From an uncultured delta proteobacterium (GTDB lineage Bacteria > Myxococcota_A > Polyangia > Polyangiales > Polyangiaceae), in NCBI GenBank assembly GCA_963841435.1, contig CAWJCS010000006.1, positions 1,056,001-1,120,000 of the forward strand: DNA of 64,000 nt. Direction: 5' to 3'. A program made the position numbers and the translations under genes. Shown one piece after another: positions 20,737 through 33,718 of this stretch. The stretch's first letter is position 1; each line of letters starts with the position of its first letter. The notes beneath the pieces were generated by a model. That model did no database searches and was not told the origin of the DNA. It saw nothing but the letters and a program-made list of their open reading frames with translations.

Positions 20737-21948
20737 ATGCGTGTGCTCGTCGTAGATCGGCTGTCCGAGGACGCCCTCGATGAAATGCGTGCGCTCGGCG
20801 TCGAGGTCGAATATGCGCCCGAGGTCACGGCTCCCGAGCTGCCCTCCCGTCTGGCCGGCGTGAACGTGCTCGTCGTGCGGGGGACCGAGGTCCACGCGGA
20901 AGCCCTTTCTGCGGGCAAGGCGCTCACGCTCGTGATTCGCGCCGGCGCCGGCACGCGCACCATCGACGTGGCCCACGCGAGCCAGCGTGGCATCTACGTG
21001 GCGTGCACGCCGGGCCGCAACGCACGGGCCGTCGCCGAGCTCACCTTCACGCTGATCGGCTGCCTCGATCGGCGCGTGTCCGACGCCTGGGTGGCGCTCA
21101 AGGCCGGACGCTGGGAAAAAGACGAGTACGCGCGCGCCGTCGGCCTCGAGGGTCGCACGCTCGGCATCCTCGGCCTCGGGCACGTGGGCCGCGCCGTCCT
21201 CAGGATGGGGCAGGCCTTCGCGATGCAGCCCATCGCCTACGGGCGCTCGCTCACGGCGGCCCGCGCGAGCGAGCTCGGCGTCAAGCGGATCTCGTCCGTG
21301 GTCGAGCTGGCGCGCCAGTCCGACGTTTTCACCGTGCATCTCGAGCTGGGCGACCGCACGCGCGGCATCGTGGATCGCCGCGTGATCGAGGCCCTTCCTG
21401 ACGGGGCCCTTTTCGTAAACACGGCACGACCGGAGCTCGTCGATTACGACGCGCTCGTCGAGCTCGCCCCCAAAAAGGGCCTGCGCCTGGGGCTCGATGT
21501 GCTGCCCAACGAGCCCCGGGAGCGCACCTCCATCTATGATCATCCGATCTTGCGTGCCGGCGTGGTCGTGGCGACACCCCACATCGGCGCCTCGACCGAT
21601 CGCGCCCAGACCGAGATCGCCAACGAAACCGTGCGCATCTTGAGGAGCTTCGTCACGATGGGCGACGTGCGGAACGTCGTGAACATCGCGGAGGGGTCAT
21701 GGTCGCGTTACCAGCTCCTGGTTCGCCACGTCGATCAGGTGGGCGCGCTCGCGAGCGTGCTCGCCGTGCTGAAGCGTCACGGCATCCACATCACCGCGCT
21801 CGACAACACCGTGTTCGATGGAGGCCGCGCCGCGTGCGCCAAGATCCGCCTCGAGGCACGCCCTTCGGAAGCCTGCTTGCAGGAGATCATGGCGTTCAGC
21901 GACGAGATTTTGCACGTCGATCTCATGACGCTGCCGAACGTCGCCTGA
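20737..21948 (+). CDS. serA: D-3-phosphoglycerate dehydrogenase-like 2-hydroxyacid dehydrogenase with a C-terminal ACT domain
   Basis: RAGAG, NARAVAE, GILGLGHVG, NTAR, TPHIGAST motifs plus ACT-like C-terminus. Confidence 0.8.
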   Translation: MRVLVVDRLSEDALDEMRALGVEVEYAPEVTAPELPSRLAGVNVLVVRGTEVHAEALSAGKALTLVIRAGAGTRTIDVAHASQRGIYVACTPGRNARAVAELTFTLIGCLDRRVSDAWVALKAGRWEKDEYARAVGLEGRTLGILGLGHVGRAVLRMGQAFAMQPIAYGRSLTAARASELGVKRISSVVELARQSDVFTVHLELGDRTRGIVDRRVIEALPDGALFVNTARPELVDYDALVELAPKKGLRLGLDVLPNEPRERTSIYDHPILRAGVVVATPHIGASTDRAQTEIANETVRILRSFVTMGDVRNVVNIAEGSWSRYQLLVRHVDQVGALASVLAVLKRHGIHITALDNTVFDGGRAACAKIRLEARPSEACLQEIMAFSDEILHVDLMTLPNVA

Positions 21949-22039
21949 GGCGCTTCGGACCCGGATTTTGTGCCAGCTTGCCGCCGCCGCCCGCCGCTTC
22001 ACGACGAAAAGCAAAGCATATCATAGACTTACGTTCTCT

Positions 22040-22068
22040 TTGCAAGGCGCCCGACACGCGGCTAAAAT
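22040..22068 (+). promoter_or_regulatory. Sigma70-type promoter of the rimP-nusA-infB operon
   Basis: TTGCAA (22040-22045), 17-nt spacer, TAAAAT (22063-22068). Confidence 0.75.
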
Positions 22069-22099
22069 GCGCGCGCCCTCTTCAGGGTGGATCCACATG

Positions 22100-22124
22100 G
22101 ACCCGTCGCGCGGGTCTTTTTTTT
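22100..22124 (+). terminator. rimP leader attenuator-like hairpin
   Basis: GACCCG-tcgcg-CGGGTC followed by T8, between the promoter and the rimP start. Confidence 0.7.
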
Positions 22125-22189
22125 GTCCACGGCCTCCAACGCCCCCGCGGGGGGCAGCGCTTCGCGAGAACCGACGTAATACCCGACCG

Positions 22190-22773
22190 ATGAGAATCGC
22201 ACACGAAAAGCTGATGGGACTCGATCGCGAGTGCGTGGTCGGCGCGCTCGGTCCCGTCCTTGCCGCGCATGCGGTGGACTGCGTCGAGCTCGTGTGGCGT
22301 TCGGATCGGGGAGAGCGCGTCCTCGAGGTGACGGTCGAGAAGCCCGGCACGCGGGAGCCCGGAGCCGGGGTCACGCTCGACCTCCTGAGCGACGTGTCGC
22401 GCGATCTTTCGGCCGCGCTCGACGTGGCGGACTGCATCGCCCAGCACTATCGGCTCGAGGTCGGGTCGCCAGGGCTCGAGCGGACGCTCTACGGCGAGGC
22501 CGATTTCCGTCGTTTTTCCGGGCAGCTCGCGCGGTTCAAGCTGAAGGTCCCCCAGCGCGGGCAGTACGTGCTCGTCGGGCGGCTCGCGGGCGTCGGCGAC
22601 GACGCTACGGTTGGGCTCGAGATCGGCACCGAGACGCTGCAGGTGCCGCTCGGCTGCGTCGAAGCGGCCCGCCTCGTTTTCGAATGGCAAAAAGGTGAAC
22701 CTCGCCGAGCGCGGCCCCGCCGCACGAGCGAGCACGCGCGGCATCCCCGCGCTCGGAATGGAAAAGGTGAGTG

Positions 22774-22774
<1 letters not shown>
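22190..22774 (+). CDS. rimP: Ribosome maturation factor RimP
   Basis: GVTLD...SRDLSAALDVAD...YRLEVGSPGLERTL; first gene of the nusA operon. Confidence 0.93.
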
Positions 22775-24425
<1,651 letters not shown>

Positions 24426-24429
<4 letters not shown>

Positions 24430-25035
24430 CCACGACCCGAACCTGTGTCGGCTGCCAAGAGGCACGAGCGCCCGACGCGCTCGTGCGACTCATCCTCGGA
24501 CCGGATGGCGAGCTCGTCGTCGATCCGCCGGGTGGGCTCGGGGGGCGTGGCGCGTGGCTGCACCCCCGGGTCGACTGCGTCAAGCGCGCCGTGCCGCGCG
24601 GGCTCGCGCGCGCCTTGCGCGGCGAGATCGAAGAGCTCGCGGGAGGCGGTCGCGGAGCGGCTGCGCGCTGCGGGGGCACGGCGCCTGGGCGGCCTGCTCG
24701 CGGCGGCCCGTGGTGCCAACCGACTCGCCGTGGGCACCGACGCCGTCGAGGACAGCCTCGCGCGGGGGAAGGCTTGCTTCGTGCTCGTCGCTCGCGACTC
24801 GCGCTCCGGCGCGAACTCCCACCGCATCGCCGAGGCGCTCTCGAGCGATCGTGCTCTCGTCGTGCTCGACAAAGCCGAGCTCGGACGCAGGGTCGGTCGC
24901 AACGAGGCAGGCGTCGTCGCGGCGCTCGAGCCTGGGCTCGGCGCTGCGCTGCGCCTGGCGGCGGAGCTTTCGAGCTACGGTGAGGTCCGCACCCTACCGG
25001 CGGGCCGCGATGCCGTGACGAAGGAGGCTTCATGA
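24426..25035 (+). CDS. ylxR: YlxR/RnpM (DUF448) fused to an L7Ae-like domain, with a +1 frameshift near 24630
   Basis: RTCVGC...GRGAWLH...C in one frame; LGGLLAAARGANRLAVGTDAV...DKAELGRRVGR in the next. Removing one G at 24630 joins them. Confidence 0.8.
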
Positions 25036-27674
25036 CGGCAAAGCTCAGAGTGTACGAGGTCGCTCGGGATCTCGGCATGGACCAGAAGCAGCTGGTTTCG
25101 CTGCTGCAGTCGTCCGGCGTGCCGGACGTGCGCAACCACATGAGCTCGATCGGGGCCGACGTCGTCGAGCGGATCCGTCGGCAGCTCGAGAAGCAGAAGG
25201 CCCCCGCCGTCGTCGAGGAGCGCATCCGGCCCACCGTCGTGAAGCGGCGAGCCGCCGTACGCCCTGCCGAGCCGGCCCCAGCGGCGGTCGCGGCGGCCGC
25301 CGCCGCCAAAGCGGCCGCCGAAGCACGCCCCGCGCCCGTGGTGCGACGCGCCCCGGCCCCGCCGCCCCCGCCACCCTCACACAAGGAAGAGGCGCCGCTC
25401 CCGCTGCCCGCGCCGGTCTCGGCCCCTGCTGCCGCGCCGCCAAGCGCGGCCGCGGCGGCGCCCAGCGCACCCGTGGCGGCACCCAGCGCGGCCGCGGCGG
25501 CGCCCAGCGCACCCGCGGCGGCCCCGGAGCCGCCCGCCGCACCCGTCGCTGCCCAGCCCGCACCAGCGCCCGCGGCGGCGCCCGGCCCCCCGGCGGCGCC
25601 CTCGCCCACGACGCCTCCGCCCGCGGCTGCGGCGCCGCCTCGCAGCACCGCCCCGAAGACGGGCATCGATGTCTGGGAGGGTCGTCCGGGCGTGCCCATG
25701 CCGCAGGTCCAGCGGGGCACACCCACACCCCGGCGCGTGCAGTACGACCCGAAGGCGGGCTCGATAGGGGCGCGCCCGCGCCCTGGTGCCCCGATGCCCG
25801 GCCATGGCCGGCCCGGGTTCAATCGGCCCGGCATGCGCCGGCCGTTCGGCAGCATCGCCGTTCCGCGCACCAAGGGCCCGGTCACGACGCAGGAGCGCGG
25901 TGCGCACAAGAAGGTCGTGCGTATCGAGGAGTCGGTCGGCTTGCAGACGCTCGCCGCGCGCATGCAGCTCAAGGCCACCGAGGTCTTGATGAAGCTCATG
26001 CGCCTCGGCATGACCGGCGTGAACATCAACACGACGCTCGACGCCGAAACGGCGAAGATCGTCGCCAACGAGTTCGGCTGGGAGGTCGAGGACACGGCCG
26101 TCAGCGAGGCCGATCAGCTCACTGCCGCGCGCGGCTCCGCGCCCGACGACGCGGACACTCTTCCGCGCCCCCCCATCGTGACCGTGATGGGCCACGTCGA
26201 TCACGGCAAGACGAGCCTGCTCGATCGCATCCGCAAGGCCAACGTCGTCGCGGGCGAAGCCGGCGGCATCACTCAGCACATCGGCGCCTATTCGGTGGAA
26301 ACACCGCACGGCTCGATCACGTTCCTCGACACCCCGGGTCACGAGGCTTTCACGGCCATGCGTGCACGCGGCGCCCAGGCGACCGACATCGTGGTGCTGG
26401 TCGTGGCGGCTGACGACGGCGTCATGCCGCAGACCAAGGAAGCCGTGAATCACGCCAAGGCGGCCGGCGTGCCGATCGTCGTGGCGGTCAACAAGATCGA
26501 CAAGCCGGACGCCAACACCGAGCGTGTCAAGCGCCAGCTCGCCGAGCTGGGTCTCACGCCGGAGGACTGGGGCGGCGAGACGCTCTACACCGAGGTCTCG
26601 GCTCAAACCGGAGAGGGTATCGAGAGGCTGCTCGAGCAGATCGTGCTGCAGTCGGAAGTGTTGGAGCTTCGCGCCACGCCGACGCGTCCTGCCACGGGCC
26701 TCGTGGTCGAGGCCGAGCTCGATCGCGGGCGCGGTCCCGTGGCAACGATCCTCGTGATGGACGGGACGCTCACGCGGGGCGACGTGATCCTCGCGGGCGC
26801 GGCGTACGGCAAGGTCCGCGCGATGTACGACTCGGTGGGCCGTCAGCTCGAGACCGCCGGGCCGGCGACGCCCGTTTCCGTGATCGGCCTCAGCGACGTG
26901 CCGAGCGCCGGCGACCAGGTGCACGTCGTCAAGGACATCAAGAAGGCCCAGGAGATCGCCGAAACCCGCAAGACCAAGGAGCGGCGCAGCCTCGTGCCCT
27001 CGACGGGCCAAAAGGCGCTCAACCTCGAGGACCTTCACAAGGCGCTCCAGGAAATGGAGCAGCTCGAGCTCAAGCTCATCATCAAGGCCGACGTGCAAGG
27101 TTCGGTCGAGGCGGTCGCCGAGGCGCTCACCAAGCTCACGAGCGAAAAGGTCAAGGTCGTGGTCGTCCACTCCGGGGTGGGCGCCATCACCGAGGGTGAC
27201 GTCAACCTCGCGCTCGCCGCGGCGGCCATCATCATCGGCTTCAACGTGCGGCCGGCCGGCAAGGCTGCGGCTCTCGCCCAGAAGGAAGGCGTGCCGATCC
27301 GGCAGTACACCATCATCTACAACGTCGTGGACGAGGTGAAGGCCGCCATGGAAGGCCTGCTCGCGCCCACGCAGGTGGAGAAGCTGCTCGGCAAGGCCGA
27401 GGTGCGCCAGGTCTTCCGCATCAGCAAGGCCGGCAACGTTGCCGGTTGCATGGTCGTCGAAGGCGCCATCCGGCGCTCGGCGAACGCGCGGCTCATGCGC
27501 GAGGGCGCCGAGATCTGGCAGGGCAAGCTCTCGAGCCTCAAGCGCTTCAAGGACGACGTCCGCGAGGTCAAGGAAGGCTTCGATTGCGGCATCGCGCTCG
27601 AGGGCTACGGCGAAGTGCAAGTCGGCGACGTGATCGAGGCCTACGAGATCGAACAGGTCAAGCAGACGCTCTGA
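25032..27674 (+). CDS. infB: Translation initiation factor IF-2
   Basis: [45 protein letters not shown] motifs; Ala/Pro-rich linker. Confidence 0.98.
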   Translation: MTAKLRVYEVARDLGMDQKQLVSLLQSSGVPDVRNHMSSIGADVVERIRRQLEKQKAPAVVEERIRPTVVKRRAAVRPAEPAPAAVAAAAAAKAAAEARPAPVVRRAPAPPPPPPSHKEEAPLPLPAPVSAPAAAPPSAAAAAPSAPVAAPSAAAAAPSAPAAAPEPPAAPVAAQPAPAPAAAPGPPAAPSPTTPPPAAAAPPRSTAPKTGIDVWEGRPGVPMPQVQRGTPTPRRVQYDPKAGSIGARPRPGAPMPGHGRPGFNRPGMRRPFGSIAVPRTKGPVTTQERGAHKKVVRIEESVGLQTLAARMQLKATEVLMKLMRLGMTGVNINTTLDAETAKIVANEFGWEVEDTAVSEADQLTAARGSAPDDADTLPRPPIVTVMGHVDHGKTSLLDRIRKANVVAGEAGGITQHIGAYSVETPHGSITFLDTPGHEAFTAMRARGAQATDIVVLVVAADDGVMPQTKEAVNHAKAAGVPIVVAVNKIDKPDANTERVKRQLAELGLTPEDWGGETLYTEVSAQTGEGIERLLEQIVLQSEVLELRATPTRPATGLVVEAELDRGRGPVATILVMDGTLTRGDVILAGAAYGKVRAMYDSVGRQLETAGPATPVSVIGLSDVPSAGDQVHVVKDIKKAQEIAETRKTKERRSLVPSTGQKALNLEDLHKALQEMEQLELKLIIKADVQGSVEAVAEALTKLTSEKVKVVVVHSGVGAITEGDVNLALAAAAIIIGFNVRPAGKAAALAQKEGVPIRQYTIIYNVVDEVKAAMEGLLAPTQVEKLLGKAEVRQVFRISKAGNVAGCMVVEGAIRRSANARLMREGAEIWQGKLSSLKRFKDDVREVKEGFDCGIALEGYGEVQVGDVIEAYEIEQVKQTL

Positions 27675-27693
27675 GCGTGGCTTCGGAGCAGAC

Positions 27694-28053
27694 GTGTTCG
27701 TCGGAGTCGCCCGCCTGGTGCTCGCGATTCCGGGCGCTCGCTCGCTCAAGGACAAAAGGCGCGTCGTGAAAAGCTTGAAAGATCGCTTGCGCGCACGCTT
27801 CCCGGTATCGCTCGCGGAGATCGGCGATCTCGAGCGCTATCAGGTGGCGACGCTCGGGATCGCGGTCGTCTCCAACGAGGCCGCGCGCTGCTCGGAGGTG
27901 CTCTCGCATGCCGTCGGGCTCGCCCGCGTCGCGAAGGACGCCGTGCTCTCCGACGTTGCGACCGAGATCCTCACGCTCGGGCCCGGCGGTGGCTCGATCC
28001 AGGGCGGCATCGCCGAGCGCCTCGGCCCCCACACGAGCGGTGACGAGCCATGA
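27694..28053 (+). CDS. DUF503 (YlxP-like) protein
   Basis: ARSLKDKRRVVKSLKDRLRARFPVSLAE; position between infB and rbfA. Confidence 0.88.
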   Translation: MFVGVARLVLAIPGARSLKDKRRVVKSLKDRLRARFPVSLAEIGDLERYQVATLGIAVVSNEAARCSEVLSHAVGLARVAKDAVLSDVATEILTLGPGGGSIQGGIAERLGPHTSGDEP

Positions 28054-28415
28054 GCGACGACAACCGCCGCCTCTTACGGGTCTCGGAGCTCGTCCGATCC
28101 CACCTCGGCACGCTCCTCGCGCGCGAGCTCGGTGACCCGGAGCTATCGAGCGTCGTCATCACCAAGGTCGAGGTTTCCAAGGACTTGTCGATTGCGCGGA
28201 TCAGCGTGCGCACGTTGATCGGCGCCGACGACCCCGAGCGCCGAAAGCGGGTGATCGTACAGCTCGGACGCGTGGCCTCGCGGCTGCGCCGTGCGCTCGG
28301 TCCGAGCCTCGGCTTGCGGCGCGTTCCGGAGCTGCGCTTCGTGTACGACACCGATCCCGACAAGTCGGCGCGCGTCGACGCGCTGCTCGCCGAGATCGAG
28401 CGCGAGAAGAACTGA
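28050..28415 (+). CDS. rbfA: Ribosome-binding factor A
   Basis: ITKVEVSKDLSIA...LRRVPELRFVYD. Confidence 0.93.
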   Translation: MSDDNRRLLRVSELVRSHLGTLLARELGDPELSSVVITKVEVSKDLSIARISVRTLIGADDPERRKRVIVQLGRVASRLRRALGPSLGLRRVPELRFVYDTDPDKSARVDALLAEIEREKN

Positions 28416-28469
28416 CCGCGCGCCACGCCGAGCGAGATCGGCTCGGGGCCAAAGACTGGCGGAGTAGCG

Positions 28470-30875
28470 CTACTCCTTCTTGATCATCAGCTGCACGCGC
28501 CGGTTCTTGGCGCGATTCGCTTCGGTGGTGTTCGGCAAGAGCGGCTTGGTGTCGCCGTAGCCCTTGGCGACGACGCGCAGTGGATCGACGCCGAGCTTCA
28601 CGAGCACGTCGACCACCGCTTGGGCGCGGTCGCCGCTGAGCTTCAGGTTGTACGGCGCGCTACCCTGGTTGTCGGTGTGACCCTGCACCTCGACCGTCGT
28701 GATCTCCGAGTGGGTGTTGAGAACGTCGGCGATCTCCTCGAGGATTGCCATCGAGTCGGGCAGGATTTCGGCCGAATCGTGCTGGAAGTGGACCTGCTTC
28801 TTGAGCTTGAGCTCGCGGCCCGTGACGAGCACGTTCGGCTTCTCCGGCCGCTTGTTCATCATGATCCGCGCCACGGTGTCTTCGAGCGGGCGGATCGAAA
28901 AGTCGTTGGTGCTCGGGAAGTACCCGGGCGCCTCGGCGATGATCGTGACGCGACCGGGCGGCACGTTTTGGAACCGGAACGCCCCTCCTGCGTCCGCCGT
29001 GAGATCGAGCTCCCGGCCCCGCGTATCGCGGATCTTCACGCGTGCGCCCGAGACCGACTGTTGCGACTCGGCGTCGAACAGCGAGCCCACGACAGCGCCG
29101 AGCTGGGGCAGGGCCTCCATCTCGCAGCGCACGGCGACCTGTCCGTCGGGGCCCATCGTCGTCGGAGCGGGAGGCGGCGTCGTGGCATCGCCCATGGCGG
29201 CGTCGGGTGGCGCGGCTGGATTCGGCGGCACGGCGGCCGGTGTCGTGCCCGGAGCGCTCGGCGCCGGGACCGTGAGCAGGCACTGTCCGTCGCGATAGCC
29301 CTTGGCGCTCAGATTGAGGGTGTAGTTGCCCGGATCGAGCGGATAGCTGCGGAACGTCCCATCCTCGGCGGTCACGAAGCCCGAAATCGGACGTCCGTCG
29401 AAGCGCACCGTGGCGGTCGGCACGGGGTTGCCGCTGACCTTGTCGATCACGGTGCCGAGCACGTACGGCTCGATCTTCTGCACGGGGGCAGCGGGGGTCG
29501 GCTTCTCGACCATCTTGATGACGGGCGCGGGGGGCACGGTGTCCACGGCCCAGGCGACGCCGAACCAGAGGTTATAGGGTGGCTCGGGGGCGATCTCGTC
29601 GAGGAAATCGCTCGTTGCGCCCGTGCCGATGTCCACGGCGCCGACCAGCGACAAGCCCTGGTCGACCCAGGGGAAGACGCGAGCGCCCAGCGTGAGGCGC
29701 GAGGGTGCCGTGCCGAAGCGCTGCGCCTTCGCGAGGCAAGCCTCACCGTGTGCGGCGGCTTCGTTCTCGTCGCAGACGTAGTTCTGGCGGTTCACAGGCA
29801 CGTCGATCGTCCACTCGATGAACGGGCGCACGAACTCGTGGATGTACTCGCCGCCCAGTCCAATCTGGAAGCTGTCAACGCGATTGATGTCGAGCCCGAA
29901 ACGCTCGGTACGCTGGATGCGCTCGCCGCGACCGTCGGGCGGCGGTGTGGTTTCGACCTTGTCGACGAGGTTACCCGAATTGTCGAACATGTAGCCGAGG
30001 TTCAAGTGGAACCTCAGCGGGATCACATCGTCGTGATTCTCGTGGTTGTCGAGCGCGAGCGTCGCGAGGCCGCGCAGCGCGAAGCTCGTACCGCCGCCGT
30101 TGAACCCGACGGCACCCGTGCCATTCATGAACAAGAGCTCCGCCTGACCACCTGCCTGGAAGATCTGGTCGGGCTCCTTGGGCATGAAGCCCTTCACCGC
30201 GAGGCTCGTGTCGCCGAGCACCTGCAGGAGCTTCGGGCGGCTGCGGCTGTTGGAGGTTGCGGAGTTGTGGAGCGAGAACGACGCCTCGAGGAACGGAAAC
30301 AGCGAGGCCGAGATCCCGAGGTTCATTCCCACGCGATCGACGCTGTCGTCGTCGGTGGGCGTTTGACCGGCGTTGACGGCGGGGCACGGCGAATCGGCAT
30401 TACAGAGGAAGCCGCTCGAACCAAAGTAGCTCGAATGCAGAGAAAACCGGAACGTCCCGGGCTCTCCGGAGCCCGCTTCGAGCACGCGCATCAGGCCGAT
30501 GCCGCCGTTGAGCCCGTTGGTCTCGTGCAGCGCCGCGTTGCGACGGTTGCGCTCGGCGTTCGGGTCGCCTTCCTCACCACCGGTGGCGCTCGCGTCGGTG
30601 TTCGCTTCCGCGCCGGCAGCGCCATCCGTGCTCATTGTCGCGCCGACGCTCGCGCCTGCGGCCGCGGCTGGCGCGGCTTCGGGAGCAGGGGCGGGGGCAG
30701 CGCTCGCGTCGGGGGCTGGTGCCGCCGTCGGAGCTGGTGCCGGCGCGGCGGGCGCTTCGGCGCTGGGTAGCGGCGGCGGAGGAGGCGGAGGAGGGGGCGG
30801 CTCCTGCGCGCTCGCACGTCCGAGCAAGGCCAGCGAGCCCAAGAGGAGAAATGACGAGAGCCCGAAGCGATGCAT
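28470..30875 (-). CDS. Outer-membrane protein: beta-barrel-like region, two carboxypeptidase-regulatory-like domains and a C-terminal OmpA domain
   Basis: Signal peptide at ATG 30875; VEVQGHTDNQG...NLKLSGDRAQAV...GYGDTKP...NRRVQ OmpA motif. Confidence 0.88.
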   Translation of the reverse strand: MHRFGLSSFLLLGSLALLGRASAQEPPPPPPPPPPLPSAEAPAAPAPAPTAAPAPDASAAPAPAPEAAPAAAAGASVGATMSTDGAAGAEANTDASATGGEEGDPNAERNRRNAALHETNGLNGGIGLMRVLEAGSGEPGTFRFSLHSSYFGSSGFLCNADSPCPAVNAGQTPTDDDSVDRVGMNLGISASLFPFLEASFSLHNSATSNSRSRPKLLQVLGDTSLAVKGFMPKEPDQIFQAGGQAELLFMNGTGAVGFNGGGTSFALRGLATLALDNHENHDDVIPLRFHLNLGYMFDNSGNLVDKVETTPPPDGRGERIQRTERFGLDINRVDSFQIGLGGEYIHEFVRPFIEWTIDVPVNRQNYVCDENEAAAHGEACLAKAQRFGTAPSRLTLGARVFPWVDQGLSLVGAVDIGTGATSDFLDEIAPEPPYNLWFGVAWAVDTVPPAPVIKMVEKPTPAAPVQKIEPYVLGTVIDKVSGNPVPTATVRFDGRPISGFVTAEDGTFRSYPLDPGNYTLNLSAKGYRDGQCLLTVPAPSAPGTTPAAVPPNPAAPPDAAMGDATTPPPAPTTMGPDGQVAVRCEMEALPQLGAVVGSLFDAESQQSVSGARVKIRDTRGRELDLTADAGGAFRFQNVPPGRVTIIAEAPGYFPSTNDFSIRPLEDTVARIMMNKRPEKPNVLVTGRELKLKKQVHFQHDSAEILPDSMAILEEIADVLNTHSEITTVEVQGHTDNQGSAPYNLKLSGDRAQAVVDVLVKLGVDPLRVVAKGYGDTKPLLPNTTEANRAKNRRVQLMIKKE

Positions 30876-31091
30876 GGTTCCTCGTATGCGGTGCGGGGGT
30901 CGGACCGGACCCCTGATTACACCCGACGACCGAAATCCCCAAGACCACCAAATCATGGGTGGGCACACTCTTACAGGCCAAACCCCTTGCTGCAAGGGTC
31001 TCGAGCTCTGGTCCCCCGGCCGGACGGGTCGTCGCCAACGCCGTTGGCGAGGGTCACCGAGCGCGCTCCTTGCTATCCTCGGCGGTCGTCG

Positions 31092-32030
31092 ATGGCCGAG
31101 GTGCTGATTCGCGTCGAGGGGCTCGAAAAGGAGTTTCGCCTGGGAATTCTGCGCCGGCGCGTGCCCGCCGTGCGTGGTGTCTCCTTCGAGGTGGCGCGCG
31201 GCGACATCTTCGGGTTCTTGGGTCCCAATGGGGCAGGCAAGACGACGACCATCAAAATGCTGACCGGTCTCATCGCCCCGACGGGCGGCCGAGCCACCGT
31301 GTTCGGCGAACCGATCGCCACGCCTCGCTCGCTCGCGAAAGTCGGCTTTTTGCCGGAGAACCCCTACGTCTACCCCTACCTCACGCCGAGCGAATTCGTG
31401 GAGCTCTGCGGGCGGCTGTCGGGGCTATCGGCACGCGCGTCGCGCGATCGCGCGAGGACGGTGCTCGATCAGGTCGGCATCGCATACGCCGCCGATCGCC
31501 CCGTGCGCCGCTTATCGAAGGGCATGCTGCAGCGTGCCGGCCTCGCCGCCGCGCTCGTGGCCGACCCCGAGCTGCTCATCCTCGACGAGCCCATGAGTGG
31601 CCTCGACCCCGTGGGTCGCAAGGAGGTGAGGGATCTCATCGTGGAGGAGCGCCGCCGCGGGCGCACGATTTTCTTTTCCACGCACATCTTGAGCGACGTC
31701 GAAACCCTGTGCGACCGCGTCACGATCTTGCGAGAAGGCGCGGTCGTCGTCAGCGGGCGGCTCGACGAGCTCTTGAACCGCGTCGTGCGGCGTACGGACG
31801 TCGTGCTTTCGCACGCAACCGAGGCGCTCGAGCGCGAGCTCGAGGGTGACTCGTTCACGGTGCGCCGCCAGGGGGAGCGCCTGCTCGTCGAGGTGCCGGG
31901 AGAGGAGGCCGGCCAGCGCGTGATCGAGCGTGCGCTGGCGGCGGGGGCCCGGGTCGTGCAGGTGACACCCGTGCACGAAACGCTCGAGGACCTGTTCGTG
32001 CGCGAAGCGATCGTCACCCCCGCCGCTTGA
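31092..32030 (+). CDS. ABC transporter ATP-binding protein (ABC-2 / PilH-like)
   Basis: GPNGAGKTT, LSKGM, LILDEP, STHIL motifs. Confidence 0.93.
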   Translation: MAEVLIRVEGLEKEFRLGILRRRVPAVRGVSFEVARGDIFGFLGPNGAGKTTTIKMLTGLIAPTGGRATVFGEPIATPRSLAKVGFLPENPYVYPYLTPSEFVELCGRLSGLSARASRDRARTVLDQVGIAYAADRPVRRLSKGMLQRAGLAAALVADPELLILDEPMSGLDPVGRKEVRDLIVEERRRGRTIFFSTHILSDVETLCDRVTILREGAVVVSGRLDELLNRVVRRTDVVLSHATEALERELEGDSFTVRRQGERLLVEVPGEEAGQRVIERALAAGARVVQVTPVHETLEDLFVREAIVTPAA

Positions 32031-33567
32031 GCACGGAGCGGACGAGCAGAACGTCGCTCGCCTGAAGCTCGCGGGTCACGGCGAGCATTGCGACGTACGT
32101 GAGGCCCACGCCGAGCGCCGCTGCGATCACGAGCGGGCCGCGCAGCGAGGGCAGGAGTCGCCCCAGCGCTGCGGCCACGGCGACGGCCGCTGCGACGCGG
32201 ACGAGCGTGAGCGGGCGTACGAGCGCGCGTGCCGTCCGGAACACGAGCACGCTCGCCGTGAGCATCGCGACGACGATGCCGGCGGAGGTCGACAGCGCGG
32301 TTCGGACCAGGAGATCGTCGGAGAGCGGGGCTCCGCGCACGCTGGCGAAGCACGCGCCAACCACGAGCGCGAACGCGAAGGCGGTGACGCGAGCGCTCTC
32401 GCGTTCGCGGCCGAGCCCGTTCAAGATTGCCGAAAGCAGGCCGAACATCGCGAACGCGCCGAAGCCGAGCGATAGGATCTCGAGTGTCGGCGCACCGTGG
32501 TCGGCGGCCTGAGCGCCGAACACGAGGCGCAAGAGCGGTGCCGCGAGCCCCGACGTCACGCTCACCATGCCGCCGGTAATGATGAGCGAGAGCCGGAGCC
32601 CGTTCTCGACGTAACGTGCCACCCCGGCGTGGTCGGCATCGCGCCGGGCGCTCGCCAGCATGGGAAAGAGCACGAAGGTGACGGCCACGAGCAGTTGGTA
32701 CGGCAAAAAAGAGAACAGCTGCGTCGCTCGATAGGTGCCCACGAGCAGATCCGCAGCGGACTCCGGCAAGCCCTCACGGCGTGCCGCCTCGGCACCGAAG
32801 CGCCGGAGCAGCGTGAGGTCCGCCTGAAGCAGCAGATTGAGGAGCGTCTGCCCGACGAACAACCGCCCGACGAACACGAGGTGATGCCGTACGGGGTCGG
32901 TGCCCGAGCCGCGGCGACCGATGCCGACCACGAAGAGCGCGCCGACGAGCACGAGCGTCGCGCTCGCGACGAAGCCCCAGGCCGCTCCCTCGACGCCTGC
33001 TACCCTGTTGCCCGGGTGAACGAAAAGGTACGCCCCGCCGACGAGGCCCACCGTGCGCAGCGTCGCGGCGAGCACGTCGAAGCCCGCTTGCGCCACGAAA
33101 CGCCGCGCGCCGTTCAATCCGCCGACGAGCGGCGCGTAGCACCCGTAACAAAGCAGCACGAGTGAGAGGATCCTGAGCGCCGGCACGAGGTGCGGCACGC
33201 CGACCAGGGTGCCGATCGCCGGCGCCGCTGCGAAGAATGCGCCCGCGAGGCAGAGCGCGATCACGGCGTGCAGCGACAGCACGCGGCGCAGCACGATCTG
33301 TTCGCGTCCCCGGGGTGCACCCGCCACGGCGCGGCTCACCCCCTGGATCGACGTGCCGACGATGGGGTTGTACGCGATGCTCGCGATCGACTGCACGCTC
33401 GAGAGCGCGCCGTAGCCGTCGAGCCCGAGCACGCGCGGCAAGGCGAACTGCTGCACGAGCCCGGCGAGGATGAAGTAGGCCTTGGCCGCTGCGACCGCGA
33501 GCCCGCCCCGGCCTGCTTGTCGCGACACGTCGGTCGGCTCGCCGCCTTCGGTGCGCGCTCCAGTCAC
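32014..33567 (-). CDS. MOP-superfamily flippase (MurJ/SpoVB/Wzx-like)
   Basis: About 14 hydrophobic segments; RVLGLDGYG and VLFPMLA patterns. Confidence 0.8.
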   Translation of the reverse strand: MTGARTEGGEPTDVSRQAGRGGLAVAAAKAYFILAGLVQQFALPRVLGLDGYGALSSVQSIASIAYNPIVGTSIQGVSRAVAGAPRGREQIVLRRVLSLHAVIALCLAGAFFAAAPAIGTLVGVPHLVPALRILSLVLLCYGCYAPLVGGLNGARRFVAQAGFDVLAATLRTVGLVGGAYLFVHPGNRVAGVEGAAWGFVASATLVLVGALFVVGIGRRGSGTDPVRHHLVFVGRLFVGQTLLNLLLQADLTLLRRFGAEAARREGLPESAADLLVGTYRATQLFSFLPYQLLVAVTFVLFPMLASARRDADHAGVARYVENGLRLSLIITGGMVSVTSGLAAPLLRLVFGAQAADHGAPTLEILSLGFGAFAMFGLLSAILNGLGRERESARVTAFAFALVVGACFASVRGAPLSDDLLVRTALSTSAGIVVAMLTASVLVFRTARALVRPLTLVRVAAAVAVAAALGRLLPSLRGPLVIAAALGVGLTYVAMLAVTRELQASDVLLVRSVLKRRG

Positions 33568-33718
33568 GGCCGGCCACGCTCTATCGAACCAGGATCGTCC
33601 GTCAATCCGGAAACGAGCGCGCGCGCCGCCGTGAAAATGCCTGGACCGGGCGGAGCGGGCGCCCTAGCGTGGCGTGGCCAGGAACGAGGAGGCGGCTTTG
33701 ATTGAGTCCAGGTTAGAA

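Noticed and set aside
25400-25650. Ala/Pro repeats in infB
   Set aside because: Ordinary variable low-complexity N-terminal linker of IF-2.
25377-30770. Long ORFs 25377..27755 (-) and 28620..30770 (+)
   Set aside because: Antisense shadows of infB and the OmpA gene, typical of high-GC DNA.
31092-32030. ABC ATPase without an adjacent permease
   Set aside because: Orphan ABC ATPases are common and the partner may be encoded elsewhere; nothing further is supported by the sequence.
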